Source: an uncultured Verrucomicrobia subdivision 3 bacterium (GTDB lineage Bacteria > Verrucomicrobiota > Verrucomicrobiia > Limisphaerales > DASXHY01). Taken from it: DNA of 64,000 nucleotides. Made by a program: the position numbers and the translations under genes. The DNA lies in the NCBI GenBank assembly GCA_937890005.1, contig CALBZA010000085.1, positions 2,366-66,365 of the forward strand, read 5' to 3'. Shown piece by piece: positions 8,768 to 18,800 of this stretch (positions are counted from its first letter, which is position 1; each line of letters begins with the position of its first letter). The notes under the pieces were generated by a model. That model saw nothing but the letters and a program-made list of their open reading frames with translations. It was not told the origin of the DNA and searched no databases.

Positions 8768-9457
8768 TTACCCGGCTGCTGCGGTCGGACGAGTGTCTTC
8801 GAACAAATCCAGTTCCTTCACCACGGGTCTGAAAGGCGCAAAGCTGCGCCGATGGATCGGGCAGGGTCCGAGTTTTTCTATCGCTGCGTAGTGCTTCGGA
8901 GTGGCGTAACCCTTGTGCTCCGCAAATCCGTAACCGGGATACAGACGATCGAATTCCTGCATCTGCCGGTCACGGGTCACCTTGGCGAGAACACTCGCCG
9001 CGGCGATCGAATAGCTTTTCGCGTCGCCCTGGACCAGCGCGGTCTGCGGATAGGGCAGCCATTTGATTTTAAGGCCGTCCACGAGCACGTGCTCCGGTCG
9101 TGGCTGAAGTTGATCCAGCGCAAGATTCATCGCGCGCCACGCGGCCTGGCGGATGTTGATCTGATCGATCATCAGCACATCGACGGTCGCGATGGCGTAA
9201 CGCACTTTCGGATGCGTGGTAAGAATGTTGAAGAACTTTTCGCGCTGTTCCTCGGTGATCTGCTTGGAATCGTTGAGTCCGCGCAGTTTCGAACAAAGCC
9301 CGGTTTCGAGCCAGCCGGCGGGAAAAACAACGGCCGCTGCAACGACAGGTCCGGCGAGAGGACCGCATCCGGCTTCGTCAACGCCGGCAACGAGCTGCGT
9401 GCCCTGTTGCCAAAGCTCGCGTTCGTGTGACAGACGATTCCAGAATTTTGCGCCCAT
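8768..9457 (-). CDS. rnhB: ribonuclease HII
   Basis: GVDEAGCGPLAGPVVAAAVV and DSKQ motifs; 229 aa. Confidence 0.9.
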   Translation of the reverse strand: MGAKFWNRLSHERELWQQGTQLVAGVDEAGCGPLAGPVVAAAVVFPAGWLETGLCSKLRGLNDSKQITEEQREKFFNILTTHPKVRYAIATVDVLMIDQINIRQAAWRAMNLALDQLQPRPEHVLVDGLKIKWLPYPQTALVQGDAKSYSIAAASVLAKVTRDRQMQEFDRLYPGYGFAEHKGYATPKHYAAIEKLGPCPIHRRSFAPFRPVVKELDLFEDTRPTAAAG

Positions 9458-9520
9458 GCGTGACTCTGTCTTACGATGCGGGCGGCGATGAAGTGAGGCA
9501 ACGAAAACCTGTTCACAATT

Positions 9521-9664
9521 GAAAATTCCAAGTTTCAGATTCCAAGTTCCAGGAAACTTTCAAGATTCCAATCTTCAAAAGTCAGTCTCCGGCATCAGGC
9601 AGCAATTGAAGTTTGGGACTTGAAGCTTCCTTGGAGTTTGGAATTTGAAGCCTGGAACTTCACG
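9521..9664. repeat. long imperfect palindrome built from TTCCAA/TTGGAA-type words
   Basis: AAGTTCCAGG (9544-9553) is exactly complementary to CCTGGAACTT (9651-9660). The flanking arms are related by TTCAA/ATTCCAA words. It fills the divergent rnhB / hypothetical-gene intergenic region. Confidence 0.6.
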
Positions 9665-9706
9665 TAAGTGCTTTCCCCGCCGCGTTTCCTCGTTAAGTTT
9701 TTGCAC

Positions 9707-10237
9707 ATGAAAACGGACGCTTTGCATATCGGCATGAACGTGCGCCATCCGCAATATGGGGTTGGCGTGGTCAAATCGATTTCTGAGACGACGGCGGAAA
9801 TTCAATTCACAGACGGACGCCGAACCATCGCGCCGGAGGCTGCAGGGGTGACTCCCGCCGAACCGCAGGCAAATGTCACGGAGCTGAACGTTCCCCTGAA
9901 GCAGATCATCGAGCAGACCCTGGATGCGACGCTGGGAAAACTTGGACTGGAGAAGCCCGATGCCGAAGTTCAAAAGCTTGGCATTCGCTGGCATGGAGGA
10001 AAGCTGGTGCTTCACCCGGCAGATCCCACGCTCCAGACCAAGGAAGTTCCGTTGGAAACTTTCTTTCACAAGATCGTCGGCATGCGAAACCAGTTGCGCG
10101 TCCTTGAACAGAAGATCAATGCGCACGACAAGCTTTCAGACGGTGAGAAGGTCGAGATGCAGCAATACATCACGCGCTGTTATGGATCGATGACGACGTT
10201 CAACGTCCTGTTCAAGGAAAAGGAAGATCAGTTTTGA
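9707..10237 (+). CDS. hypothetical protein
   Basis: Track ORF 9668..10237, with the likely start at [22 protein letters not shown]. Codon bias looks coding. Confidence 0.55.
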   Translation: MKTDALHIGMNVRHPQYGVGVVKSISETTAEIQFTDGRRTIAPEAAGVTPAEPQANVTELNVPLKQIIEQTLDATLGKLGLEKPDAEVQKLGIRWHGGKLVLHPADPTLQTKEVPLETFFHKIVGMRNQLRVLEQKINAHDKLSDGEKVEMQQYITRCYGSMTTFNVLFKEKEDQF

Positions 10238-10284
10238 ATTGAGGTAAACAGCCCCTCGCAAAAATCAACGGACGAACCGAAGCG

Positions 10285-10497
10285 TCAGAGCGGAAGCTGT
10301 CCCTCGTTGTCGTTGTCGCGATTTCTTGAGCGGCGACGGCGTTTGATTTGAACGCCCTGACAGGAGAGTTTGAGGGTTTTGAGATGGCGGAGGCAGATGC
10401 CGTGCGACAGCGCGCCAATCTCGCCTGCGGGAGGGTCGGGCTGACACCAGGCGCAGACGGCGATGGGCAGGGAGAAATCCAGCTGTGCGCCGCGCAT
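10285..10497 (-). CDS. small Cys/His-motif protein (70 aa) with a basic tail
   Basis: Internal ATG at 10497 of track ORF 10285..10647; the upstream part of that ORF overlaps the tRNA. Sequence CAWCQ-x13-SHGICLRH followed by KRRRRSRNR. Confidence 0.4.
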   Translation of the reverse strand: MRGAQLDFSLPIAVCAWCQPDPPAGEIGALSHGICLRHLKTLKLSCQGVQIKRRRRSRNRDNDNEGQLPL

Positions 10498-10586
10498 GGG
10501 AGCTTTATCCGTCGATGCATGGCGTTCGTCAATGACGTTTCTTGAAAGTGCGATCGAAGTGAAAGGCGGGGACGGAGTGGAAGAGA

Positions 10587-10661
10587 TGGTGCGCGCTGCA
10601 GGTTTCGAACCTGCGACCCCTACCGTGTGAAGGTAATGCTCTACCACTGAGCTAAGCGCGC
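10587..10661 (-). tRNA. tRNA-Val (anticodon CAC), CCA encoded
   Basis: The reverse complement folds by hand into a cloverleaf: acceptor GCGCGCT/AGCGCGC, D arm GCTC-AGTGGTA-GAGC, anticodon loop TTCACAC, T arm GCAGG-TTCGAAA-CCTGC, 3' ACCA. Length 75 nt. Confidence 0.9.
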
Positions 10662-10738
10662 AACCGCAGGAAAAGTAGGTGCGTTCAGAACACCGGGCAA
10701 GAAATTTTCAGGCATCAAGGTCCCTTGGGCACATTGGT

Positions 10739-10883
10739 CTTAACCACGGGTGCACAAGATCAACACGGATTAGGACCGGTGTTTGGAATACTGAAGCCGA
10801 GCGGGAGAATTGGGAGACTGCTGTAGAATTGGGTCGGCTGATCCTTTATTCGTGTTTATACCTGTCCATCCGTGGTTTTTAAG
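10739..10883. repeat. inverted repeat pair (about 30 bp arms, about 82 bp spacer), MITE-like or hairpin element
   Basis: The left arm CTTAACCACGGGTGCACAAGATCAACACGG matches the reverse complement of the right arm, CTTAAAAACCACGGATGGACAGGTATAAACACG. Confidence 0.55.
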
Positions 10884-10963
10884 TTCGTCCTCCTTCCAGG
10901 TTTTGAAATGCAGTTGCGCGCCGAAATCGTTTTGCAAATCTGATCGCACGTTTTCAGCCAGAC

Positions 10964-11839
10964 ATGCGTGAGATTGCAGCTCCATTCACAATTGCGTTGA
11001 TCGTGGTGACGAGCCTCGTGTCGATCCGGGGTTTCCGTTATCCCGAATTCTGCCAGCGGCATCTGTTTTCCGTCTGGGATATTCTCGTTCGGAAGGAATG
11101 GCGCCGAATGATTACGTCCGCCTTTCTGCACGCGGACTGGCCGCATCTGCTGTTGAACATGGTCAGCCTTTACCTGTTCGGGTCGCAGATCGAATCGCAT
11201 TACGGTGCGGCCTTTCTGCTGGGAATTTACTTTGCCGCGGTGATTGGCGGCAGTCTGCTGTCGCTTTGGATGCATCGGAATCACGAATATTACGCCTACG
11301 GTGCGTCTGGCGGCGTTTGCGGGGTTATCTTCAGTTTCATTTTTCTTTTTCCAGGCAGCAGCATTTCGATGTTCATGCTGCCGTTCTGGATTCCCGGCTG
11401 GCTCTACGCGATCCTCTATCTCGCCGGATCGATTTACGCGATGAAGTCGCAGCTGGGAAACATCGGGCACGATGCGCATGTTGGCGGCGCCGTGATTGGA
11501 ATGTGGACAGCCGCGGCGTTGGAACCTGCGATGGTTCGGGCAAATCTTACATTGTTCCTTGCGGTTTCGGGAATTGCCGGCCTGCTGTTCCTGTATCTGG
11601 TGAAGAATCCGACATTTCTTTCACTCAAGTCTTTTGTGCCCCGCACGCGCAGCAGGCCAGAACGAAAGTCAGCGAGCCACCGTGCTGAATCTGCGGAAAT
11701 TGACGCTTTGTTGGAGAAAATTTCCGAGAAAGGCATTCACAGCCTCACACCGGCTGAGCAGGCGCGACTGAATGAAGTGTCATCGAAATACCGTCGGCGT
11801 GCGGAATCCGAGAAGCCCAAATCGGATCTGATTATCTGA
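10964..11839 (+). CDS. rhomboid-family intramembrane serine protease
   Basis: Catalytic GASGGVCGV and HDAHVGGAVIG motifs, multiple TM segments, and the C-terminal tail EIDALLEKISEKGIHSLTPAEQARL. Confidence 0.85.
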   Translation: MREIAAPFTIALIVVTSLVSIRGFRYPEFCQRHLFSVWDILVRKEWRRMITSAFLHADWPHLLLNMVSLYLFGSQIESHYGAAFLLGIYFAAVIGGSLLSLWMHRNHEYYAYGASGGVCGVIFSFIFLFPGSSISMFMLPFWIPGWLYAILYLAGSIYAMKSQLGNIGHDAHVGGAVIGMWTAAALEPAMVRANLTLFLAVSGIAGLLFLYLVKNPTFLSLKSFVPRTRSRPERKSASHRAESAEIDALLEKISEKGIHSLTPAEQARLNEVSSKYRRRAESEKPKSDLII

Positions 11840-11850
11840 CCAGCGGACGG

Positions 11851-12756
11851 TCAGCGTTTCGCCATCTTGTTTCGGGCGCGTTCCAGGATCGCGCGTTCGC
11901 GTTCCGTGAGGCTCTGGATGCCGTGCTCGGAGATTTTGTCGAGGATGGGATCAACTTCTTTGCTGATGAATTCTTCCTCGGGAACATCGATTGTCGGAGC
12001 GCTTTTCGAGACGGTCCATGCTGGAACCTTGATTGCAGCTTTGGCCATTTGCCGGTGACGTTCCCGTCTGCGGAAGGGGTTCAGTCGAGAGAGAGCGGAA
12101 AACCATCGTTCCCACGGGAGCGGAACATAATCTCGCTGCCAGCCGAGTTTTATCCACGCAATACCCATCAGCAGACCGCCGAGATGCGACGCGTGCGCGA
12201 CGTTTCCGGACGGAAATGCGACGCCCAGCAAGGCCAGGCCGAGGCTGATCCAGAGCAGCGTTCTTCCCGTCATGGGAACGGGGAAGAAATAGAGAAACAT
12301 CAGAAACCGGTTCGACCAGTTCATCATTGCGAACGTGGCGATCAACCCGGACAAGCCGGCTGAAGCACCCACCACCGCGTAGCCGTAAATGCCCGGCATC
12401 ACAGCCGCAAATGCCATTTGCAGGAGGCCGCCCGCAATACCGCAGATCAGGTAAAGCTGAACGAATCGGCTCGTGCCGAACATCGATTCCATCGGCCGGC
12501 CAATGAAATAAAGTCCAATGGAGTTGAAGATGATGTGCATCCAGCCGCCATGCAGGAATTGAAAGGTCAACAGCTGCCAGATGAATCCGTGGCTGAGACC
12601 ATTGAGGCTCAGGCTCAGGTAACGGTCCCAGAAGGGATGGGGGGCGATGTTTTCCAGCAGGAAAAGAATCCAGTTGATCACCAGCAGCGCTGTCGTCGCC
12701 GACCAGCTCAAACCGCCCGGGGACTCCCGCATGTAATATCGATCTGCCAAACCCAT
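11851..12756 (-). CDS. rhomboid-family intramembrane serine protease (paralog)
   Basis: Catalytic GASAGLSGL and HASHLGGLLMG motifs, and the C-terminal tail VDPILDKISEHGIQSLTERERAIL. Confidence 0.85.
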   Translation of the reverse strand: MGLADRYYMRESPGGLSWSATTALLVINWILFLLENIAPHPFWDRYLSLSLNGLSHGFIWQLLTFQFLHGGWMHIIFNSIGLYFIGRPMESMFGTSRFVQLYLICGIAGGLLQMAFAAVMPGIYGYAVVGASAGLSGLIATFAMMNWSNRFLMFLYFFPVPMTGRTLLWISLGLALLGVAFPSGNVAHASHLGGLLMGIAWIKLGWQRDYVPLPWERWFSALSRLNPFRRRERHRQMAKAAIKVPAWTVSKSAPTIDVPEEEFISKEVDPILDKISEHGIQSLTERERAILERARNKMAKR

Positions 12757-12824
12757 CGGATCGAAAGTAGTCGTGCGGATTTACTTTTTCAACGGACTTG
12801 TTGCCACCGTTCGGAATGGGGCGA

Positions 12825-13406
12825 TCACGGGCTCCGTTTCCACCAGAACATTTGCTCCAGACCGGTCCGGTTTGGATACGATCGCGGTGTCCAATCCTCC
12901 AGAAGCTCGAAGTGCGGGCTGAACCTGCGAATCTGTTCGGCGCGGTCGGTTCCGAATGGCGGACCGTCGGTGTCGGGAATGAAATAATTCACCGCCAGAT
13001 AGAATCCTCCCGGTTTGAGCCAGCGCAGAACAGCGTCCACGTAGGCATCGCGTTCGGATGGCTGAATCGCGCAAAAGAGCGTGTGTTCGAACAGCCAGTC
13101 GAAACGCATGGGCGGTTCATCCTTCAAAAAGTCGGTCTGCTGAAAAATTGCGTTCAAACCCGCGGCAGCAGTCTTTTCCCTCGCCATTCGAATTCCAGTC
13201 GGCGCGATGTCAAAACCGTAGGCGTCGAAACCACTGCGAGCCCAGGCCCGCACATCGTGGCCCGTGCCGCAGCCCGGCACCGCCACGGTTCCTTTGGTTA
13301 AATCCGGATGCGCGGACAGGAAATCGACGAGTCCCGGCGAAGGTTCGCCTTTTTCCCATCGCATTTCGCCGGTCTGATAGAGGTTTTCCCAGTAATCCTG
13401 TGACAT
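12825..13406 (-). CDS. SAM-dependent methyltransferase, thiopurine/halide methyltransferase-like
   Basis: YWENLYQTGEMRWEKGEPSP...VAVPGCGTGHDV, a TPMT-like N-terminus followed by the SAM motif I. Confidence 0.7.
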   Translation of the reverse strand: MSQDYWENLYQTGEMRWEKGEPSPGLVDFLSAHPDLTKGTVAVPGCGTGHDVRAWARSGFDAYGFDIAPTGIRMAREKTAAAGLNAIFQQTDFLKDEPPMRFDWLFEHTLFCAIQPSERDAYVDAVLRWLKPGGFYLAVNYFIPDTDGPPFGTDRAEQIRRFSPHFELLEDWTPRSYPNRTGLEQMFWWKRSP

Positions 13407-13410
13407 GGGG

Positions 13411-13582
13411 GGAGTGATGAGTGAAACGTGATGCGTGAATGCGTGAGTGGGTGAAGTTCAGGTCGGGTTGTGGCAAGCACTCGTTTGAGGCTCAAAATTG
13501 CAAACTCGCGCGAAACATTACGCATCCACTCGTCATTTATCACTCGTCACGCATTCACGTATCACGGATTCCGTTTCACTCC
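13411..13582. repeat. long imperfect palindrome built from GTGA/TCAC words
   Basis: GTGATGCGTGAATGCGTGAG (13430-13449) pairs with TCACGCATTCACGTATCAC (13547-13565). The outer GGAGTGA / TCACTCC ends also pair. Confidence 0.65.
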
Positions 13583-14289
13583 CCAATCTGGCCATCTACG
13601 AGATGAACCACCTTGGGCGCGCGGGCGGCGACGTTCGGATCGTGCGTTGCGATGACGAGTGTTGTCTTTCGCTCGCTCACCAGTGTGCAGAGCAGATCCA
13701 TGATTTCGCTGCCGGTGTGAGAATCGAGATTGCCGGTCGGTTCGTCGGCGAGGATCAGGTCGGGTTCGTTGATCAATGCCCGCGCAATGGCAACGCGTTG
13801 ACGTTCCCCGCCGGACAGTTCGCTCGGGCGATGTTCCATTCGTTCTTTCAGGCCGACGCGAGCGAGTAACTCCCGGCCGCGGCGCGCAGCTTCGGAGGCT
13901 GGGATTCGAGCCAGGCGGGCTGGAAGACAGACATTTTCCAAGGCATCGAGTTCGGGCAACAGGTGAAACGCCTGAAAAACAAAGCCCACATGTTTTTGCC
14001 GGAGTTGCGCGAGCTGCGCGGGTGAACAGCGGGCAAGGTTTTGTTGCCCAAACCAGATTTCTCCCGAATCCGGCGTGTCGAGTCCTCCCAGCAAATGAAG
14101 CAGCGTGCTTTTTCCAGCGCCAGACGCTCCACGCAACGCGACGAATTCACCGCGTCCGACACTGATGCTCAATTCGCGGAGAACTTTCAGTGACCGACGA
14201 CCCATTGCGTAGGTTTTGCTGATGGACAACGCAGAGACAAGCGGTTTGCCCGTTTGATCCGATGACTGCGGAAACGTGGCGTCATTCAT
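13576..14289 (-). CDS. lolD: ABC transporter ATP-binding protein, LolD/MacB-type
   Basis: Walker A GASGAGKST, ABC signature LSGGERQRVAIARAL, Walker B LILADEPTGNLD. It overlaps the upstream permease gene by 8 nt. Confidence 0.8.
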   Translation of the reverse strand: MNDATFPQSSDQTGKPLVSALSISKTYAMGRRSLKVLRELSISVGRGEFVALRGASGAGKSTLLHLLGGLDTPDSGEIWFGQQNLARCSPAQLAQLRQKHVGFVFQAFHLLPELDALENVCLPARLARIPASEAARRGRELLARVGLKERMEHRPSELSGGERQRVAIARALINEPDLILADEPTGNLDSHTGSEIMDLLCTLVSERKTTLVIATHDPNVAARAPKVVHLVDGQIGE

Positions 14290-15550
14290 AGCGCAGCGCC
14301 TCCACGGGGTTCAAACGACTCGCATGCCACGCTGGAAATGCCGCCGCGGCCAGGCAGATTAAAAGCGATCCACCGCAGATGATGGCGATGTCGCCGGGAA
14401 CAATCTTCGCCGGCAGCTGCGTGAAGCCGTAAATGTCGGCAGGGAACAGCTCCATGCCGGTCAATTTGCGCATCAACAGCAGGAAACCGTTGCGATAGGT
14501 CAGTAGAAGCAACCCGCCAATGGTGCCCGTAATAATTCCGAAAACGCTCACGATCAAACTTTGTCCCATGAACACCCACATCACCTGGCGATTGGAGGCG
14601 CCGATGGCTTTCATCATTCCGATTTCACGGGTTTTCATGACCACAAAGGTGATCGTAGTGCAGGTAATTCCGAACGCGGCCACGATGACAATGAAGAACA
14701 GGATGTAGAGCATCACGTTTTTCTCAACCAGCACGGCCGAGAGCAATGAGCTGTCCTGAAGCCACGTGAACACCGTGTAACGCGGATCGATTTCGCGCAT
14801 CAATTGATCCTGCACGGCAAAGGCGCTCATCGGATCGTAGAGCATCACGTTCAGGCCGTGAACGCTGTCGCGCAGGTCATACATTTCCTGTGCGTTCTCC
14901 AGGGAAACGATGACCATGTTCAGATTGTATTCTTCAAAGCCGACATCGAAAATTCCGCGCACCTCGTATTCATCGGACAAGCTGATCTCTTCCTCGCCTT
15001 TCGCCTGGCTCTCCTTCATCTCCTCGATGTGTTTCGGAGAATAGATGTCCACACGATCGCCAATCCGCAGGTTCAATTTTGCGGCAAGGGCGGTTCCCAC
15101 GAGGATGCTCCGGCCGTTGAGATCGAATTCTCCTTCAATCACATTCGATGAAAGCGCGCTGAATTGACCTTCGGAATCCATGTCGAACCCGCGAATGTTC
15201 GGGGCCCAACGCGCGGTCTGGCCACTGGGAAGCGGGTGTTCCATGAGCACGGGTCCGAGAACCATCGGCGCGACTCCTTTCACATGCGCATTGTTCTGGA
15301 TCGTTTGCATCAACGAACGGTAGTCGGTGAGCGTTGAATCCTGCCGGAATACACGAATGTGGGGATTGAGCCGGAGAATGATGTCCCGAAGTTCCTGGCC
15401 GAAGCCGGTCATCACGCTGATCACAATGATCAGTACGGCAACCCCGAGCGCGACGCCGAGGACGGAAATCAGGGTGATTACCGAAACGAACGTTCGCTTG
15501 GGCCGCAGATACCGCAACGCAAGCAGCAGTTCGAACGGCAATCCAGACAT
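14282..15550 (-). CDS. LolC/LolE-family (FtsX-like) ABC permease
   Basis: N-terminus LPFELLLALRYLRPKR, a large periplasmic loop, and a C-terminal FtsX-type TM bundle. The likely start is ATG 15550 within track ORF 14282..15586. Confidence 0.8.
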   Translation of the reverse strand: MSGLPFELLLALRYLRPKRTFVSVITLISVLGVALGVAVLIIVISVMTGFGQELRDIILRLNPHIRVFRQDSTLTDYRSLMQTIQNNAHVKGVAPMVLGPVLMEHPLPSGQTARWAPNIRGFDMDSEGQFSALSSNVIEGEFDLNGRSILVGTALAAKLNLRIGDRVDIYSPKHIEEMKESQAKGEEEISLSDEYEVRGIFDVGFEEYNLNMVIVSLENAQEMYDLRDSVHGLNVMLYDPMSAFAVQDQLMREIDPRYTVFTWLQDSSLLSAVLVEKNVMLYILFFIVIVAAFGITCTTITFVVMKTREIGMMKAIGASNRQVMWVFMGQSLIVSVFGIITGTIGGLLLLTYRNGFLLLMRKLTGMELFPADIYGFTQLPAKIVPGDIAIICGGSLLICLAAAAFPAWHASRLNPVEALRYE

Positions 15551-15846
15551 GGGCGGGAAACTAGACGGCGGGTATTTCAGTGTCAATGAAGGGTAAACCG
15601 TCGAGATGGGATTGATCCGTCGAGGAACGCCTGTATTTCACGTCGCCATGTCTCGCCAATAACCGCTTTGCCAGTGCCGGGTTTGAACGCTCGAATCGCG
15701 TTTCCGGATTAGAAAAACTGTCAAGATGCCCCTTGGTGGTTACCGTGAATAATTTTATGAAATGAACTGTTGCGCAGTTGTTTTATTTACGCCAAAACTA
15801 TAAAAATTTTTGCTCGGTTTTCTGAGCCAGACGAATAATTCGATCA

Positions 15847-18800
15847 ATGACGATGAGCAGCAATATCGCGGGCCATAACAACGACCAGCCGGTTATACTC
15901 GGGCCGCCGCAAAAACAGGGTCTTTACGATCCACAGTTTGAGCATGACGCCTGCGGCGTCGGCTTCATCGTTCACATCAAGGGCAAGAAGTCCCACCAGA
16001 TCGTCACTGACGCGCTGCAGATCCTCGTGAACCTTGATCATCGCGGCGCCTGCGGTTGCGAAACGAACACCGGCGACGGCGCTGGCATCTTGATGCAGCT
16101 GCCGCATGAGTTTCTCCGGAAGGAAACCGAAAAGCTCGGTTTCAAGTTGCCCGAATTCGGTCAGTACGGCCTGGGCATGTTGTTCATGCCGAAAGATGCT
16201 TCCGAGCGCGAAGCAGTGAAGGCTGAGATCGCGAAGATCGTTGGCGAAGAAAGCCAGATGCTGCTGGGCTGGCGAGATATTCCGACTGACAACTCGTCGC
16301 TCGGCAACACCGCCAAGGCGTCCGAGCCACACATGATGCAGGTGTTCATCGGACGCAATCCGTCGATCAAGGACGATGCTGCGTTCGAGCGGAAGCTTTA
16401 CGTGATCCGGAAGGTTGCCGAACAGCGCATTCGCTACGGCAACGGCGCGAAAATCCCGGGCGGGAAATGGTTCTACGTTTCCAGCCTGTCCTCCAGGACA
16501 GCCATTTACAAAGGCATGCTCATGCCGGAGCAGGTGGGTAAATATTTCCCTGACCTGCGCAATCCGGACATGGTCACTGCGCTGGCGCTGGTGCACTCGC
16601 GCTTTTCGACCAATACCTTCCCGAGCTGGGATCGTTCGCATCCGTATCGCTTCATCGCCCACAACGGCGAAATCAACACGCTCCGCGGCAACATCAACTG
16701 GATGCACGCGGCTCAGGCGAACTTCGTCTCCGATCTGTTCGGGCCGGACATCAAGAAGCTGTTGCCGGTGATCAACACCGACGGCAGCGACTCCGCGATG
16801 TTCGACAACGCGGTGGAACTCCTAGTGATGGCGGGCCGCGAATTGCCGCACGCGATGATGATGATGATTCCGGAGCCGTGGGAAAACCACGAGACGATGG
16901 ATCCGGAACGGCGTGCGTTCTACGAATATCATTCGTGCCTGATGGAACCCTGGGACGGCCCGGCATCGGTGGCGTTCACGGATGGTTTCCGAATCGGTGC
17001 CTGCCTCGATCGTAACGGGCTGCGTCCGTCGCGTTATTACGTCACGAAAGACGATCTCGTCATCATGGCATCGGAAGCCGGCGTGCTGCCGATCGCTCCG
17101 GATCGTGTGGCGACGAAAGGCCGCCTGCAGCCGGGCCGCATGTTCCTCGTGGACACGATCGAAGGCCGCATTGTGGCCGATGAAGAGCTGAAGAAGAAGT
17201 ACGCGAGCGCGCATCCTTATCGGAAGTGGCTCGACGAACATCACGTCCTGCTTGAAAACCTTCCGGAGCCAAACATCGAAACACAGCCGGAACATCGCAA
17301 GATTCTCCAGCGCCAGCAGTGCTTCGGCTACACGTTCGAAGACCTGCGTTTCATCGTCGGTCCGATGGCAAACGACGGCGTTCAGCCGCTCGGTTCCATG
17401 GGAACCGACACGCCGCTCGCGGTGCTTTCGAACAAGCCGCAGCTGCTTTACAACTATTTCAAACAGCTGTTCGCGCAGGTGACCAACCCGCCGATCGATC
17501 CCATCCGCGAAGAGATCATCACCTCGACGGAAACGATGGTTGGCGCGCGTGGCGGTTTGCTGAAGCCGACGCCTGAAAGCTGTGCGCTCATCAAGCTGGA
17601 GCATCCGCTCCTCACGGACGAACAGCTGGAGAAGCTGCGTCATGTGAATCGCCCCGGATTCAAGGCGGCGACCCTGCCGATTCTGTTCAAGGCGGCTGAC
17701 AAGGCCAAAGGCCTTGAGGCGGCACTGAACGGACTCTTTGCGGCTGCGGACAAAGCCATTGAAGACGGCGCGACGATTCTGATTCTTTCGGATCGCGGCA
17801 TTTCGCGTGAGATGGCTCCGATTCCGGCGCTGCTTGCTGTCGCCGGTTTGCATCATCATTTGATTCGGGAAGGAACGCGCTCACGCTGCGGTCTGGTTCT
17901 GGAGTCCGGAGAGCCGCGCGAAGTTCATCATTTCGCACTCCTGATCGGATACGGCGCCAGCGCGATCAATCCGTATCTGGCCTACGACACCATCGACGAC
18001 CTGATTGCCGAAGGTCTGCTGGTCAACACCGACCACAAGACTGCGGTGAAAAAATACATCAAGGCCGCGATCAAGGGCGTTGTGAAGACGATGGCCAAGA
18101 TGGGCATCTCCACGATCCAAAGCTATCGTGGCGCGCAAATCTTTGAAGCAGTCGGCCTCAACAGCGAGGTGGTGGACAAGTATTTCACCTGGACGCCGTC
18201 GCGCATTCAGGGTGTCGGCCTGGATGTGATTGCTGAAGAAGCGGTCACTCGTCATCGCCATGCGTTCCCGGATCGCGAAGTGAATGGCGAGCTCGAAGCT
18301 GGCGGCCAGTATCAATGGCGCGACAACGGCGAGTATCACCTGTTCAATCCACAGACGATTCACAAGCTGCAGATCGGTTGCCGCCTCGGCAGCTACAAGA
18401 TCTTCAAGGAATACTCGGAGCTGGTGAACAACCAGTCGAGGAACCTTTGCACGCTGCGTGGTCTGCTCGATTTCAAATGGGCCGAGAATCCCATTCCGCT
18501 GGAGGAAGTGGAATCGGTCGATTCCATCGTGAAGCGTTTCAAGACGGGCGCAATGAGCTACGGCTCGATCTCGAAGGAAGCGCACGAAGCGCTGGCGATC
18601 GCGATGAACCGCCTCGGCGGCAAGTCGAACACCGGCGAAGGCGGCGAAGATCCGGAACGTTTCACCTGGACCAACGAGAAGGGGGATTCGAAGAATTCCG
18701 CGATCAAGCAGGTCGCTTCGGGCCGCTTCGGTGTGACGAGCCATTATCTCGTCAATGCGAAGGAGCTCCAGATCAAGATGGCGCAGGGTGCGAAGCCTGG

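Noticed and set aside
15587-15846. Possible glutamine (glnA-type) riboswitch or sigma54 promoter in the AT-rich leader of gltB
   Set aside because: I found AGGAACGC, but not the paired CGUUC / GGAAGUAGG core of the glnA motif, and no correctly spaced -24/-12 element. This cannot be excluded without a covariance-model scan.
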